In this document: positions 25,071 to 37,203 of the stretch, one piece after another
Numbering within the stretch: the first letter of the stretch is position 1
Layout of the letters: each line of letters begins with the position of its first letter
Assembly: GCA_951406725.2 (NCBI GenBank)
Contig: OX597831.1
Span: 75,082,001-75,146,000, forward strand
Direction: 5' to 3'
Source: Octopus vulgaris
Taxonomy: Eukaryota
Length of the DNA: 64,000 bases
Program-made: the position numbers and the translations under genes
Notes under the pieces: model-generated
Told to the model about the DNA's origin: nothing
What the model saw: only the letters and a program-made list of their open reading frames with translations
Databases searched by the model: none

Positions 25071-25907
25071 ATTTATTATTTACTTTTCCATCTTTGTTAT
25101 TAATGATTCCAAGAATTCCTCTCTTTCTATCCTCAGCATTTCATACCAATTGGAGAGGAGTTGATGTTGAAAGTGAGGTCTTCATAGAGAATTTTACCAA
25201 CCAAAACCTAAACCTACCTACAGCAGATATCTGAAACCTGCCCTTAATTTCGGTGGTTCCCGGAAGATATTTAAAAAGCTGCCTGCACAAATCTTATTTG
25301 TATGCAAAAAAGAAAAAAAAAAAAAGACAAAAAAAAATATCAGAACAGGTGATTTTATTTACTACAATATTGCAATATGTAAGCAGTTTGAGTTTTTTTT
25401 TTTAAACTTTCAGCTGCATATATATATCTATCTTCATCTTTATACATTTCTGCCTTTATCAGAAACAGGCGTTGCCATGACGCTCACTTCATCTGTTCAA
25501 ATTGTTCATTTTAGTTCTAATTAAAGGCGGACACAATCTCTATTTTTTAATTGTTTCAACTTTTAATCAGTCTGTTCCTGTTGTTTTAACTGACTGATTA
25601 TTTTTCTAAGTCTAATCAACTTAAGAATTTTTGCTCATTATTGATAAACCAAACCATTCTATCATAGCATGTAGAACATTTGGAACTATTTAACCTTTGT
25701 CGGTTATGTCTTCTATTTGTCTCTTGTCAGTGTAATATCTTACTTATTCATATATACATACTGACATACACGCATGTGTGTGTGTATATATATATATATA
25801 TAATTTAAAAATAGGATAAAATCTTCATAAGAATTTATCAAGTAGTTAGCGTGAAAAACCTCATAAGAGGGGAAAAAAAACAATTTTTTCTTTAAATTTA
25901 TTTATTT

Positions 25908-26060
25908 ATATTATATAGGGGGCGCTATTACACATAGATGCCTCACGCTAGGAGTCAAAACTACTAAAAAAAAATAAACACATTTATTTTAGTAGTTTTG
26001 ACTTTAAGAGTCCCTTCTAGCATGAGGCATCTATGTGTAATAGTGCCCTCTATATAATAT
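25908..26060. repeat. Fold-back palindrome in (TA)n context
   Basis: gcgctattacacatagatgcctcacgctag / ctagcatgaggcatctatgtgtaatagtgc plus inner agtcaaaactactaaaa / ttttagtagttttgact. Confidence 0.9.
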
Positions 26061-27119
26061 ATATATATACACACACACTTACTGTCATGCACATGTATGT
26101 ATGTATAAAATCTCTTTTGTATGTAATTCAGTACATGTTTTTGAAAATGTTATTCCATTTTACAGTTAATTAGTTAATTATTAAACAATGCTCAAAATCT
26201 TTCATTATTTAGACCAATATTTACTAGTCGGAGCATTTCTTCCAAGAATTGTATCCATTTTTAATGGTGTTTATTCTTTTGTTGTTGTTTTTTCTTTAAT
26301 GAAATTCTTTTTGAGTTTCCATTTGTGACTTTTATTTCCTCATATAGAGAGGAGAACAGTTTATAATCAATCAATCAATCAATCAATCAATCAGTCATTT
26401 ATATTTGTCAATCCTCATTAATCTCCTTTGCGGTGTTCGTGTTTTTGACTTTGATAAGAAAATCTAACTCAACAGTCTTTTTTTTTTTTTTTTGTCATTA
26501 ACAATTAACATCTCATTAATTACATTAAACTTTTTTTTTCTGCAGATTATTAAAAAAAAGGCAAATTTTCACTTAACTATTTCTTAATTGTAAAACTGTA
26601 CATTTTGTAAATATGTTTATAAAATTTCTAATTGTTAAATGAACTGTTGGTTATAAAAAAAAAAAAAAAAATTTTTCTCATATTTCAAATTTAACAAAAT
26701 ACATCGCGGTTTTTCGTTAGACCCTTATGTATTGCTTTTAGTTAGCGGATAAAAAAAAAATTTTTTTAATCTTTTATTTTTTGGTTTTGACTTGAGGAAA
26801 ATTTTATCAGCAAATTAGTTTTTCAAAGTAAATTCTTTACTGCAGAAAAGAGAAAAAAGACTTTCCATGGTTTAACTTTTGCAGTTTTTTGGGGTTTTTT
26901 TTATATACATATATAATTGTTTGTGTTACCAAAGAAAAATAACGTTTTTCTAATGATTAAGCACAAAATGAATTTTTTTTAAAATTCCAACCATTCTTTT
27001 TTTTTTTTTTTTCAAATTAGAAATAAATGCCAATTTTTTCTTTTTTTTATTAAATCTGTATAATTCTCAGTGAGGCAGCATCTATTATTAATATAATCAT
27101 CATCATCATCATTATTTGG

Positions 27120-27780
27120 AAGGTGGTGAACTAGCAGAATCGTTAGAGCATCGGACAATATGCATTGCTGCATTTGTTCCGACTCATTACGTTCCGAGTT
27201 CAAATTCCGCCGAGGTTGACTTTGCCTTTCATCCTTTCAGGGTTGATAAAATAAAGTACCAGTTGAACACTGGGGTCACTGGTATCAACTAACTCCCAAC
27301 CCACCCCATAAAATTGCTGGCCTTGTGCCAGAATTTGAAACTGTTGTTGTGGTGAGATGGCAGAATCAGTAGAGGCTCAGACAATGCTTCTTTTACATTC
27401 TGAGTTCAAATCCCACCAAGGCAAACTTTATCTTTTGTCCCTCTGAGGAAGATAATTCTAAGGGTCAATGTAATCAGCTGACCCCCCCCCCTAAAAAAAA
27501 TTGCTGGCTTTGTGCCTAAACTACAGAATTACTGTTATTAGGGGTGGCAAGTTAATGCAACAGACAACAGACTTTGTGGTATTTCTTCTGACTGCATTAC
27601 ATTTTGAGTTCAAATCCCACCAGGGCCAACTTTGCCTTTCGTCCTTTCAAGGTCGATAAAATAAAGTACCAGTGAAGTACTGGAGTCAGTGGCATCAACT
27701 GATTCCTCTTCCTCCTCGTCCACCCACCCCCAACTCCCTCTCCCCTTAAATTGCTGGCCTTGTGCCTAAATCAGAAACCA
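27120..27780 (+). mobile_element. Three head-to-tail SINE family B copies
   Basis: gagttcaaat(t/c)cc...aaattgctggc(c/t)ttgtgcc occurs three times. Confidence 0.75.
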
Positions 27781-28904
27781 GTTTTATTATGCAGCCAAAC
27801 AGGTTTTCCAAAGATATCTGTGATTTTCAAGTCTTTCAAACTATTCAGTGTTTTGTCTGCTTTTAAGGTTCTATCTTTGTGTATTTACGGATGAATAACT
27901 TTTCACCGTACCCAGAGCATGGCTATTATATATAAAGACAGCTACCCATTTGTAGGGGTGGCCATTAGTAAACTTTAAAACTTTCATTGCTGCTGGTCAG
28001 CAGTTGTACATTTTGAAATCTTTTATTTTGTTGAAACAAACGGACACTAGCCAGTATTTATTATACATGTTTTAGACAGTGAGTATATATTTGATTAAAT
28101 AGGCTCTAAACAGGCTGGTGAGACTTATATTGTTTAGTAAAAATCAATAAAAAGGGTGTGGTGGACTTGGCCTGTGGTCCTCATCAGTTGCAGCCAGTTT
28201 TTTTTTCTAACTTAGAGGATGTAAAACTGCTGTCTCTCCTTAATTTCTCTCTGGTCAGCTTTTCTCTTGAAGGACTCTGTCCGAAACATTGGATGTTTCC
28301 ACTCCCCACAGCAAGTGTATTGTACTTTTTTTTATCGACTTTTAACAGTGGATCAATTTATTCCGTAGAAAAACAAAGAAACTTTGCTTTCGACACAAAT
28401 TAAAGAATGTTATTACAACACATCGTTAATGAAATGCTGCAACTATATTACAAGCTGTCTCTGATAATTCCTCAATTGATCAGGCATCAACTGATGTCAT
28501 CAGTAACAAACACCAGTCCCAGACTTAACATTTTGCCTACCATGGCCATCACCAGTGACTCCCATGTTACAGAATAAATATTTCTTCCCTTTTTAAGTGT
28601 ATCTCTACATGGTATCTCTCTTCAGATATTCTATAGAATTCAAAGCCAGCACTGAAGGTTATAATGTTTCATACATGAATACATCTATGCCACCTTCAAG
28701 TGCTTGCTCTAAATTCTACAGAATAACTTTGAATCACACAGCCCCCCCCCCCACCAAAAGGCAGGACACAATATTGACTTGTAAACCTTTTATGTACTTA
28801 GTAGCATATTATGGTTGACCAAAGAGAATATGGTGTCCCTTGCAGCAATTAAATATTTGTTCCATATCACAGAAGTCATGTGGTAGTTTATATAGTAAAT
28901 TTGA

Positions 28905-28960
<56 letters not shown>

Positions 28961-28964
<4 letters not shown>

Positions 28965-29070
28965 TATAAAAAAAACACCTTTTATCAATTCAAAATGAAA
29001 TTAAATGACACCATCCAGAATATTACTTATAATAATTTTGAATTGATAAAAGGTGTTTTTTTCTAATTTT
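28961..29070. repeat. Inverted repeat between (TA)n runs
   Basis: aaaaaaacaccttttatcaattcaaaat / attttgaattgataaaaggtgttttttt. Confidence 0.85.
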
Positions 29071-29165
29071 TATATATATATATATTATATTTTGTGAAAT
29101 TTGATTTTGTATTTCTAAATTGAATTTTTCCCTGTAAGTTAGGAATAATATTCCCTCAAATAATT

Positions 29166-29210
<45 letters not shown>

Positions 29211-29211
<1 letters not shown>

Positions 29212-29416
29212 AGATGTCTCCCCCCAAAATTGACATCAGTCCTTTCAAATAGCCCCATAGAAAAATAACCACAAGGCATCAAGTCATTTGAACATGGTGA
29301 CCATTCCAACATCACTTTATCATTAGCATGTTTTTGTGCATTTTGTTGAAATTTGAGCAAGAATTAGCTGATATTAGACTCTGAAATGATGTCAATTTTG
29401 GGTGGGGGACACCCTA
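29211..29416 (-). mobile_element. Tc1/mariner-superfamily MITE with transposase remnant
   Basis: TIR cccaaaattgacatca / tgatgtcaattttggg; minus frame WSPCSNDLMPCGYFSMG resembles the WPPxSPDLxPxDYFLWG catalytic motif. Confidence 0.75.
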
Positions 29417-31032
29417 TACAGTTAAGAAAAAAATCTTTTTTTTTTTTTTTTTCAATTCTTTTAACAAAATTAGACCACTGGTGCAAAAGAAAATTCGCTT
29501 GGTAGGCAAAGTGTTAAAATACTAGACCTAGTTCAGTGTCACAGCGTTACAGAGCAGGAAAGACCTGGCAGTTATTGTATAAGTAAGCCTACCAAGTGCT
29601 TGGAGGCCAGGTCTGTCTTTTGGCCAGTCGTTTATTTATTGAAAGTGTGAGAGGGCATCAGTTTACTCTATATTTAATGGATCTCTATAAATGTTTATGG
29701 ACAGTAAGTTATATAAATTATTACTGTACAGCTGCTATGTAGCTTCATAGCAATTTTATTTTCATCACTGCCAAATTATATTCTATATTTGTTTTTTTGT
29801 ATTTTTTTTTTTTGTTTTATTTACTTGGAAATTAATAATTACCTTTATATTTGGACTTCATTGTAACATAGCAATATATATATACACATATAACAGATAT
29901 TCTGAGAACAAAACTGTTAAAAATTTTTTTTCCCTTTTTTATATATTTTCAAATTTTATGTTAATATTTCTTCATGTATTGAGTTTGTGTTGGTTTCTTT
30001 TTTTTTTTTCTTTTTTTCAATGGAAAAACCCATTTCTTTCTTTTGCCATGTTAATATAACATTTTCGCATGATAATGTGTTTTACGTGTTTTTTGTTTTT
30101 TTTTTAATGATTTCTCAAATTATAAATTGTTTGACTCGCTATTATTAAGTTGTAAGACAAATATTTCTTATATTGTATTATTTTGAACAAATTCGTTTTG
30201 TTTTATTTTTTCTCTCCCCTCCCCACCTCTGTAAAAAAAAAATGGTAAAATTCTCTTATTTTCAGTAAGAACATTCTCTACACAAATGGTTTACTTGAAA
30301 ATGCCTAACCCTTCTTTTGTTGCCATATTTCTGTTGTTGAAATACATTATCTTTTCATTTCAATTAATTTCAAAAATAAGGAAGAATTTAGTAAAATAAC
30401 ATTATTATTATTATCAGTAGTAGTAGTAAGCAGCTGTTTGGAGCATAAATTAAAGAGAAATATTTGGGTGGAAGGTTTTTAATCCAAAGTTAAAACAAAC
30501 TTTGTTTCATAGAACCAAGGGCAGTCTCATGTGATTTAATATGAAAAGGGTTTATAGAATTGGAAATTCAGTAAAGAATCTTATCTTTGAAGATAATTTA
30601 AAGATTACTTCACAGAATTATCTTGCTTTCATTATTTTTACAACCATTCCTTATTTTATTTGTATTTCTATAGACACAGGTTATATTTTGGTTCTAAAGT
30701 TTTTTTGGACTAGACAATATCACCATTTTAGTCTCATAATAATAATAATTTCATTATTTATTAGTACTGAAAAATAAGTTAAACTAAATTTATTCACATA
30801 ACTAAAACTATCCAAGAGTTTGAACAAAGAGTTGCTGCTGTTTTATAATGTTAATATAAAATAAAGCATTGGAATAATGTTATAAAAATTTATTAAAAGC
30901 TAAAGAAAATTAGAAAAACAAATTGTTTTGGTGTTTATTCCACAATGCTAATTCATGTCTATTTATACAGAAATCATTTATTCATACAGCCTGTAGAATG
31001 TATGCTGTAATTTTTAGATATAGACTAAACTA

Positions 31033-31194
31033 GGCGCAGGAGTGGCTGTGTGGTAAGTAGCTTGCTTACCAACCACATGGTTCCGGGTTCAGTCCCACTG
31101 CGTGGCATCTTGGGCAAGTGTCTTCTGCTATAGCCCCGGGCCGACCAATGCCTTGTGAGTGGATTTGGTAGACAGAAACTGAATGAAGCCTGTC

Positions 31195-31227
<33 letters not shown>

Positions 31228-31430
31228 GTCTGTGTTTGTCCCCCTAGCATTGATTGACAACCGATGCTGGTGTGTTTACGTCCCCGTAACTTAGCGGTTC
31301 AGCAAAAGAGACCAATAGAACACGTACTGGGCTTACAAAGAATAAGTCCCGGGGTCGATTTGCTCGACTAAAGGCGGTGCTCCAGCATGGCTGCAGTCAA
31401 ATGACTGAAACGAGTAAAATAGTAAAGAGA
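31033..31430 (+). mobile_element. SINE family A, full length
   Basis: ggcgcaggagtggc ... gaaacgagtaaaatagtaaagag. Confidence 0.92.
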
Positions 31431-31497
31431 GACTAAAGGAATACATTATCTAGCATGTTATAAACAACTTTCTACAGGACTAAATAATATACATGGT

Positions 31498-31789
31498 GAT
31501 CACGTGACCGACCAGGCTATCAGATGTTGTTACACATCGCTGGTCACAATGCACTTCGCATTGTTTTAGCCTTCAAATGACGCCACCCCGCTGGCTAAGC
31601 GAGCAGGCCAACAGAAGAAAGAGTGGTGAAAGAGTACAGCAGGGATCACCACCACCCCCTGCCGGAGTCTCGTGGAGCTTTTAGGTGTTTTCGCTCAATA
31701 AACACACACAACGCCCGGTCTGGGAATCGAAACTGCAATCCTATGACCGCGAGTCCACTGCCCTAGCCACTGGGCCATTGCTCCTCCAC
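31498..31789 (-). mobile_element. SINE family D, full length with 9-bp TSD
   Basis: Minus head gtggaggagcaatggcccagtggctaggg...gtttcgattccc (A/B boxes); TSD atacatggt at 31489-31497 and 31790-31798. Confidence 0.9.
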
Positions 31790-31841
31790 ATACATGGTTA
31801 TAAGTGTTGCAATATAACAACAGTGTGAATGTCTGGCCGAA

Positions 31842-32060
31842 AGGCGGCAAGCTGGCAGAAACGTTAGCACACCAGGTGAAACGCTTAACAGTATTTCATC
31901 TGTCTTTATGTTCTGGGTTCAAATTTCGCTATGGTTGACTTTGCCTTTTGTCCTCTCAGGGTTGATAAATTAAGTACCAGTTGCATACTGGGTTGATCTA
32001 ATCGACTGCCCCCCTCTCCCCAAATATTTTGGGCCTTGTGCCTAGAGTAGTAAAGAATAT
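31842..32060 (+). mobile_element. SINE family B
   Basis: ggcggcaagctggcagaaacgttagcac...ggttcaaatt...gggccttgtgcctagagtag. Confidence 0.82.
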
Positions 32061-32719
32061 TGTATGGCCTTTAATATAATGGCACTAACAGTTGTCGTGA
32101 GTTTAGATAAGTGGTTATAATATAGTATGAGTCTAGCAATATGCCTATGGTATGAGTAACATATTTGGTTGTATACAGGTCCTTTGATAGTGGGGTTCAG
32201 TTAGCATACTGGCCTGGGGCTCCTAGGAGTGACCCCAGGAGTTTTCACATATGGAGAGGAGGTCTTCTTCCCTTCTCAGGTGGAGCCTGAAAGCAACCTC
32301 GTTCCCCTTTGCAAATATCTTTCTCTTGGAGGCCCTGATTGTCTGACTCCGAATTACTGAGTCAGTTTGGACATGAGCTTATGTTTCTGTCTAAGTGCTT
32401 CTTCTTACAAAGGTAGTGTCTTTTTAGAAAATAATACCACACACACACCATATACTAACCAACACACATTTCTATGTTAATTGATCTAAGACAAAAAAAA
32501 AAAAAGATATAAAGGTGTCCTGTTTTTATATAATAATAATTAGTTATCTTATTAAATTCTATCATTTAAAATACATTAACCGCTTGCCATCCAGCTCTCT
32601 TCCTTTGTTCAACCATTATATATTTAGAAGTGTTGACAGAAAAATGAAACCAAGGAAAATGTAATGGATTACCTTGAGTGGAATCCGAACAAGTGGTCTG
32701 CTGTTTGTCATCATAGGAA

Positions 32720-32883
32720 ATGTCACGTTTTTCTCTTTCTTCTTTCAAGTTGTCATTTGGCGTTCAGTTTTACCAAACTGGCATGCAGCAGAGTATGAGT
32801 CCTTCCCCACCACCCACAGCATCTCGTCAGGGTCTGCATCATTTTGCACGCAGAGGAAAACAGACCCGGCTAACCTTGTTGTG
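32720..32883 (+). CDS. Possible small (alternative) exon, tentative
   Basis: Non-repeat, GC-richer island; ATG ORF MSRFSLSSFK...MQQSMSPSPPPTASRQGLHHFARRGKQTRLTLL; only a weak donor (G|gtattt). Confidence 0.25.
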
Positions 32884-33314
32884 GTATTTACTCTCTGACT
32901 TATAGTTTGGATTTGTTGCATTTTTTTGCAGTACCAACCTTAGAAATTCTCTGTTAATTAAAAAGAAAATCCCTTCTGCTTCATATCAGTTATTGTCCCT
33001 TTCTAAAAAGGGTAGTTTGAGAAGACCTTATCTCCTTTACATATGTTCCATTTCTGATGGGGTTTCTATATTATTGAATAACTCTTCCTATTACTGACCA
33101 CTTTGCTTTATAGTGTGGAATGGGTGCATTTTATGAGGCTGCAGACAGCATTATAGAAATGCGTCCACAACAACTAAATAGTTTTTTCTACTCGTTAATT
33201 AGTTCACTGCTGGTTAATGTTCTTTAATTAAGTCTTATATAAAAAATTTTTTAAAACCCCAGCATTTGTTTGAATGCAGAGACAATATTGATAATACTAC
33301 GAGTTGAGCATAAG

Positions 33315-33725
33315 GCTGTGAGCTGGCAGAAACGTTGCCATGCCAGGGAAATGCCTTGCGGTATTTCGTCTGCCATTACGTTCTGAGTTCAAATTCAGCC
33401 AAGGTCGACTTTGCCTTTCATCCTTGCGGGTTCGATAAATTAAGTACCAGTGAAACACTGGAGTCGATCTAATCAACTGGTCCCTTCCTTCAAAATTTCA
33501 GGCCTTGTGCCTAGAATAGAAAAGAATTGTTGGCACACTGGGCAAAATGCTTGGCAGCATTTCATCCAGCTTTATGTTCTGAGTTCAAATTCCGCCGAGG
33601 TCGACTTTGCTTTTCATCCTTTCAGGGTCGATAAAATAAGTACCAGTAGAGTACTGGAGTTGATGTTATCAACTTACCCCACCTCCCCCAAAATTGCTGG
33701 CCTTGTGCCAAAATTTGAAACTAAT
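33315..33725 (+). mobile_element. Two tandem SINE family B copies
   Basis: ctgagttcaaatt...ggtcgactttgc occurs twice. Confidence 0.8.
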
Positions 33726-35000
33726 ATTAATAGTTGAACGATTTTTTTTTCCCCTTTCTTGGATCAATTAGCAATTGATAATTACTTCGCACAAACTTCT
33801 GATTAAAAACCATAATATATTATTTTTAATTGGAGATCACAAAATAAACCATAAGTCTATTTTTTAGCAGAAACTTTCTGGGTTTTTTTTCCTCCTAAAT
33901 GTAGTTTTATTTATTGTGCTGAAAAAATGTATTTTTATTATTTGTAATAACAATTTTAAAGTTAAAAATCAAAAAAAAAAAATTACCGTTTTACTAAAAA
34001 GAAAACATTTTAACATGAAATTAATCTGATAAAATCTTAAAACTTTTCAAGCAACTTGAAATAATTTTTTTAAAAAAAGTTGCTTTTTTTTCTCTCCTCC
34101 CAACTTTAATATGAAATTAAAATTTGTAATATTCCCCCTGTCCCCTCATTAGATGTATTTTATTCAATGTATTTGGTGATGATGGTCAATGCATCTTTAT
34201 ATTCCAAACATTTTTTTTTTTTTGTATGTATGTATATATGAGGTTAAAAGAAGGGCCTTGGAGGGAACTTCACATACACTCACACATACACAGCCCTGAA
34301 TCTGACAAAAACAAATATAAAGACAGTCTTCAGTGTTGCAACATTACAAATAATAATAATAATAATGTGTTGCTGGTGAAGAAAAAAATCTTAACTTCCT
34401 TATTGTTACTGTATCATCATTGATGCTTATTCTCTTAGTCGGTCTGATAAATTTAAAGCAAACAAATTTATAGACTTTTTTTACCCAACTACAAATTGTT
34501 TAACTAATTAACAAAAAAAATATTAATTAGAGAAAGATGAAATATTCATTTGTTTATTTGATCTTTTTATGAAAAAATTACCTTTCTTAAAAATCTATAT
34601 TTTAATTCAAAAAAAATAAAATGAGCCCCCTTTTTTTTTCTCATTTCTAAACTGTCTATAGGTTCTGTTGGTTGTATACATAAATTATATAATTAACTTT
34701 TTTCAAAACAAAAAATTATTAAGATAATCACTTAATTGGCTCAATTTCTTAAACATTCTTTTTTTTATCTGACTGGTTCTTCTCTCTCTCATCCCTTCTT
34801 TCTGTCTAGTTGTTTTTCACCCACACCTCTCCTTCCCACCCCACCCCATTTTTTAAGGGGTTTCTATTTTTATTTTATTAAGTCTTAAAAGAACCCACAG
34901 GATTTGACTGTGTTCAATAACTGGTGAATCTCAATGATTTGTTTTCAGATCAGTTGTCAATTCTGCATGCGTAGCAAATATAGAAATTACTAAGATATAA

Positions 35001-35390
35001 GGCAGCGAGCTGGCAGAAATGCTTAGCAGTGTTTCGTCTGCCGTTACGTTCGGAGTTCAAATTCCACCAAGGTCGACTTTGCTTTTCATCCTTTCAGGGT
35101 CGATAAATTAAATACCAGTTACGCACTGGGGTCGATATAATCGACTTAATCCCTTTGTCTGTCCTTGTTTGTCCTCTCTGTGTTTAGCCCCTGTGGGTAG
35201 TAAAGAAATAGGTATTTCGTCTGCCGTTATGTTCTGAGTTCAAATTCCACTAAGGTCGACTTTGCCTTTCATCCTTTCAGGGTCGATAAATTAAGTACCA
35301 GTTACGCACTGGGGTCGATATAATCGACTTTATACGTTTGTCCTTGTTTGTCCCCTCTGTGTGTAGCCTCTTGTGGGCAGTAAAGAAATA
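35001..35390 (+). mobile_element. SINE family B dimer with 19-bp TSD
   Basis: Units 35001-35210 and ~35212-35390; agaaattactaagatataa at 34982-35000 and 35391-35409. Confidence 0.92.
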
Positions 35391-35843
35391 AGAAATTACT
35401 AAGATATAAAACTTTTACAGTTTCTTTTATGAAATAAATTCATTTCCAGATGCCAATTCACCATTAAAATAATTTTAAAAATGGATTTAAAAACATAATA
35501 GAACTCAAAGAAGTTTTTTAAAATTTACTTTAAGGTTAGAAAAGGTGGTGGACGATAAATTACATTGTAGATTCTGCTGCTGCTGCTGATGTAATTTAAA
35601 AGGTATTTTCAGTAATTATGTAATAATACTGTTTCTCTTATTTTTGTCTGTGTGTCTCCCACCCTTGTTTGTATGCAGTAGCTATTGGATATGTTGAGTA
35701 TATAAAGACACTGGCTGCTTATTTCTCTGGCATTGGTCAAGTGCTGGAGATATTTCTGAGAACCCTGTTTGAAAATTAAGGTTCTTTTTTTTTTTTTTTT
35801 CAATCTATAGAGAAATGGTTAAATTTGCCATGTTTATATGTCC

Positions 35844-36068
35844 ACGGAAACTGAAAGAAGCCCGTCGTATATATGCATGTGTATATATGTATGTATATGT
35901 GTATAGGCACAGGTGTGGCTGTGTGGTAAGTAGCTTGCTTAGCAACCACATGGTTCCAGGTTCAGTCCCACTGCGTGGTACCTTGAGCAAGTGTCTTCTA
36001 CTATAGCCTCGGGCCAACCAAAGCCTTGTGAGTGGATTTGGTAGATGGAAACTGAAAGAAGCCCGTCA
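35844..36068 (+). mobile_element. SINE family A fragments (short internal piece then 5' half)
   Basis: ggaaactgaaagaagcccgtc occurs at both 35846 and 36047. Confidence 0.8.
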
Positions 36069-37009
36069 TATTGTTTGAGACAATTGAGGAAGTAGGTGAT
36101 GAAACTGCGTGTCTGAAAAAACATGTAAGTGTAAACTTTGTAGTTTTATTATCTTTTAAGCAGTTTTAATTTAGCTTTAATCATAGCAAAGTTTTATAAT
36201 AATAGTTAATTACAAGTATACTTTTGTTAGTTCCTATTTAATAAATTTATTGTTTTTATTAATTACTGCTAAGTTTACATTATAGCTTGGAAGGGTAAAA
36301 ATATATTAATGAGTATGTAGTGTTTGTCTTATGAACTTTTGAATGAGAAAATAATGTATTTCTCTCGTAATTATTATATTATTCATTAAATTCAATTGTG
36401 TTTGTTTTGTTTTGGAGAGAACAGAAATAAAGTTTTCACTTTTTTTATTATTGTAGTAGTAAATATGGAAGACCGGTGGGATTATTATTTGTATGGACTT
36501 AAAGATTGGTTGCTATTTAGTATATAATTTAGTTATTGTAGGCTTATCATTAATACCGATACAGATGTACAGAGATTTATGTGTTTTTTGTTGTAGTTTA
36601 ATTTTAAAGTTAGTGGTTTAATCCTGCCTATATTTAGATTGAATGAATGTGGTTATTACTTTTATACTATACTAAGGAAGATGGTAGGGAACATATATTT
36701 TGTATGACTTAATGGATTGGTCGCTGTTTAGTTACGTATTTTGGAGTTGGTTATCAATTTACTTCCTGAATTTATTTACTGATACAGTTGTACATAGGGT
36801 AAATGTGTTTGAAAGTTGTGGCTTCTTCGGTTTGTTTGTTCCCAAACAGCACTTATTTTTGTGTTGTTGACACCACTGGATTGAATGGTACTGTCCAGGT
36901 GTTGAAACCATAATGATATCCGTGGGGCAGCTGATGATGGAAGTATGCTGGAGTGTTGGTATGGCTGTTTGTGTATATGTGAAATAGTATAATAAGACAT
37001 CCTTTTGAT

Positions 37010-37203
37010 ATATGTTTCTGTGTTTGTCCCCCCAACCATCAATTGATAACTGATGTTGGTGTATTTACATTACCGTAACTTAGTGGTTCAGCAAAAGAGA
37101 CTGTTAGAGTAAGTACTAGGCTTACAAAGAAAATAAGTCCTGGGGTTGATTTGTTCAACTAAAGGTGGTGCTCCAGCATGGCCACAGTCAAATGACTGAA
37201 ACT
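37010..37203 (+). mobile_element. SINE family A, 3' half
   Basis: tgtgtttgtccccc...ggtgctccagcatggccacagtcaaatgactgaaac. Confidence 0.82.

Noticed and set aside
31022-31438. agactaaa as TSD of the SINE at 31033
   Set aside because: The same gagactaaag occurs in the tail of the 46334 copy, so it is likely tail sequence.
36925-36995. CTGATGA...GAAAT hammerhead-like stretch
   Set aside because: Stem II and the stem III/cleavage triplet are not convincing.
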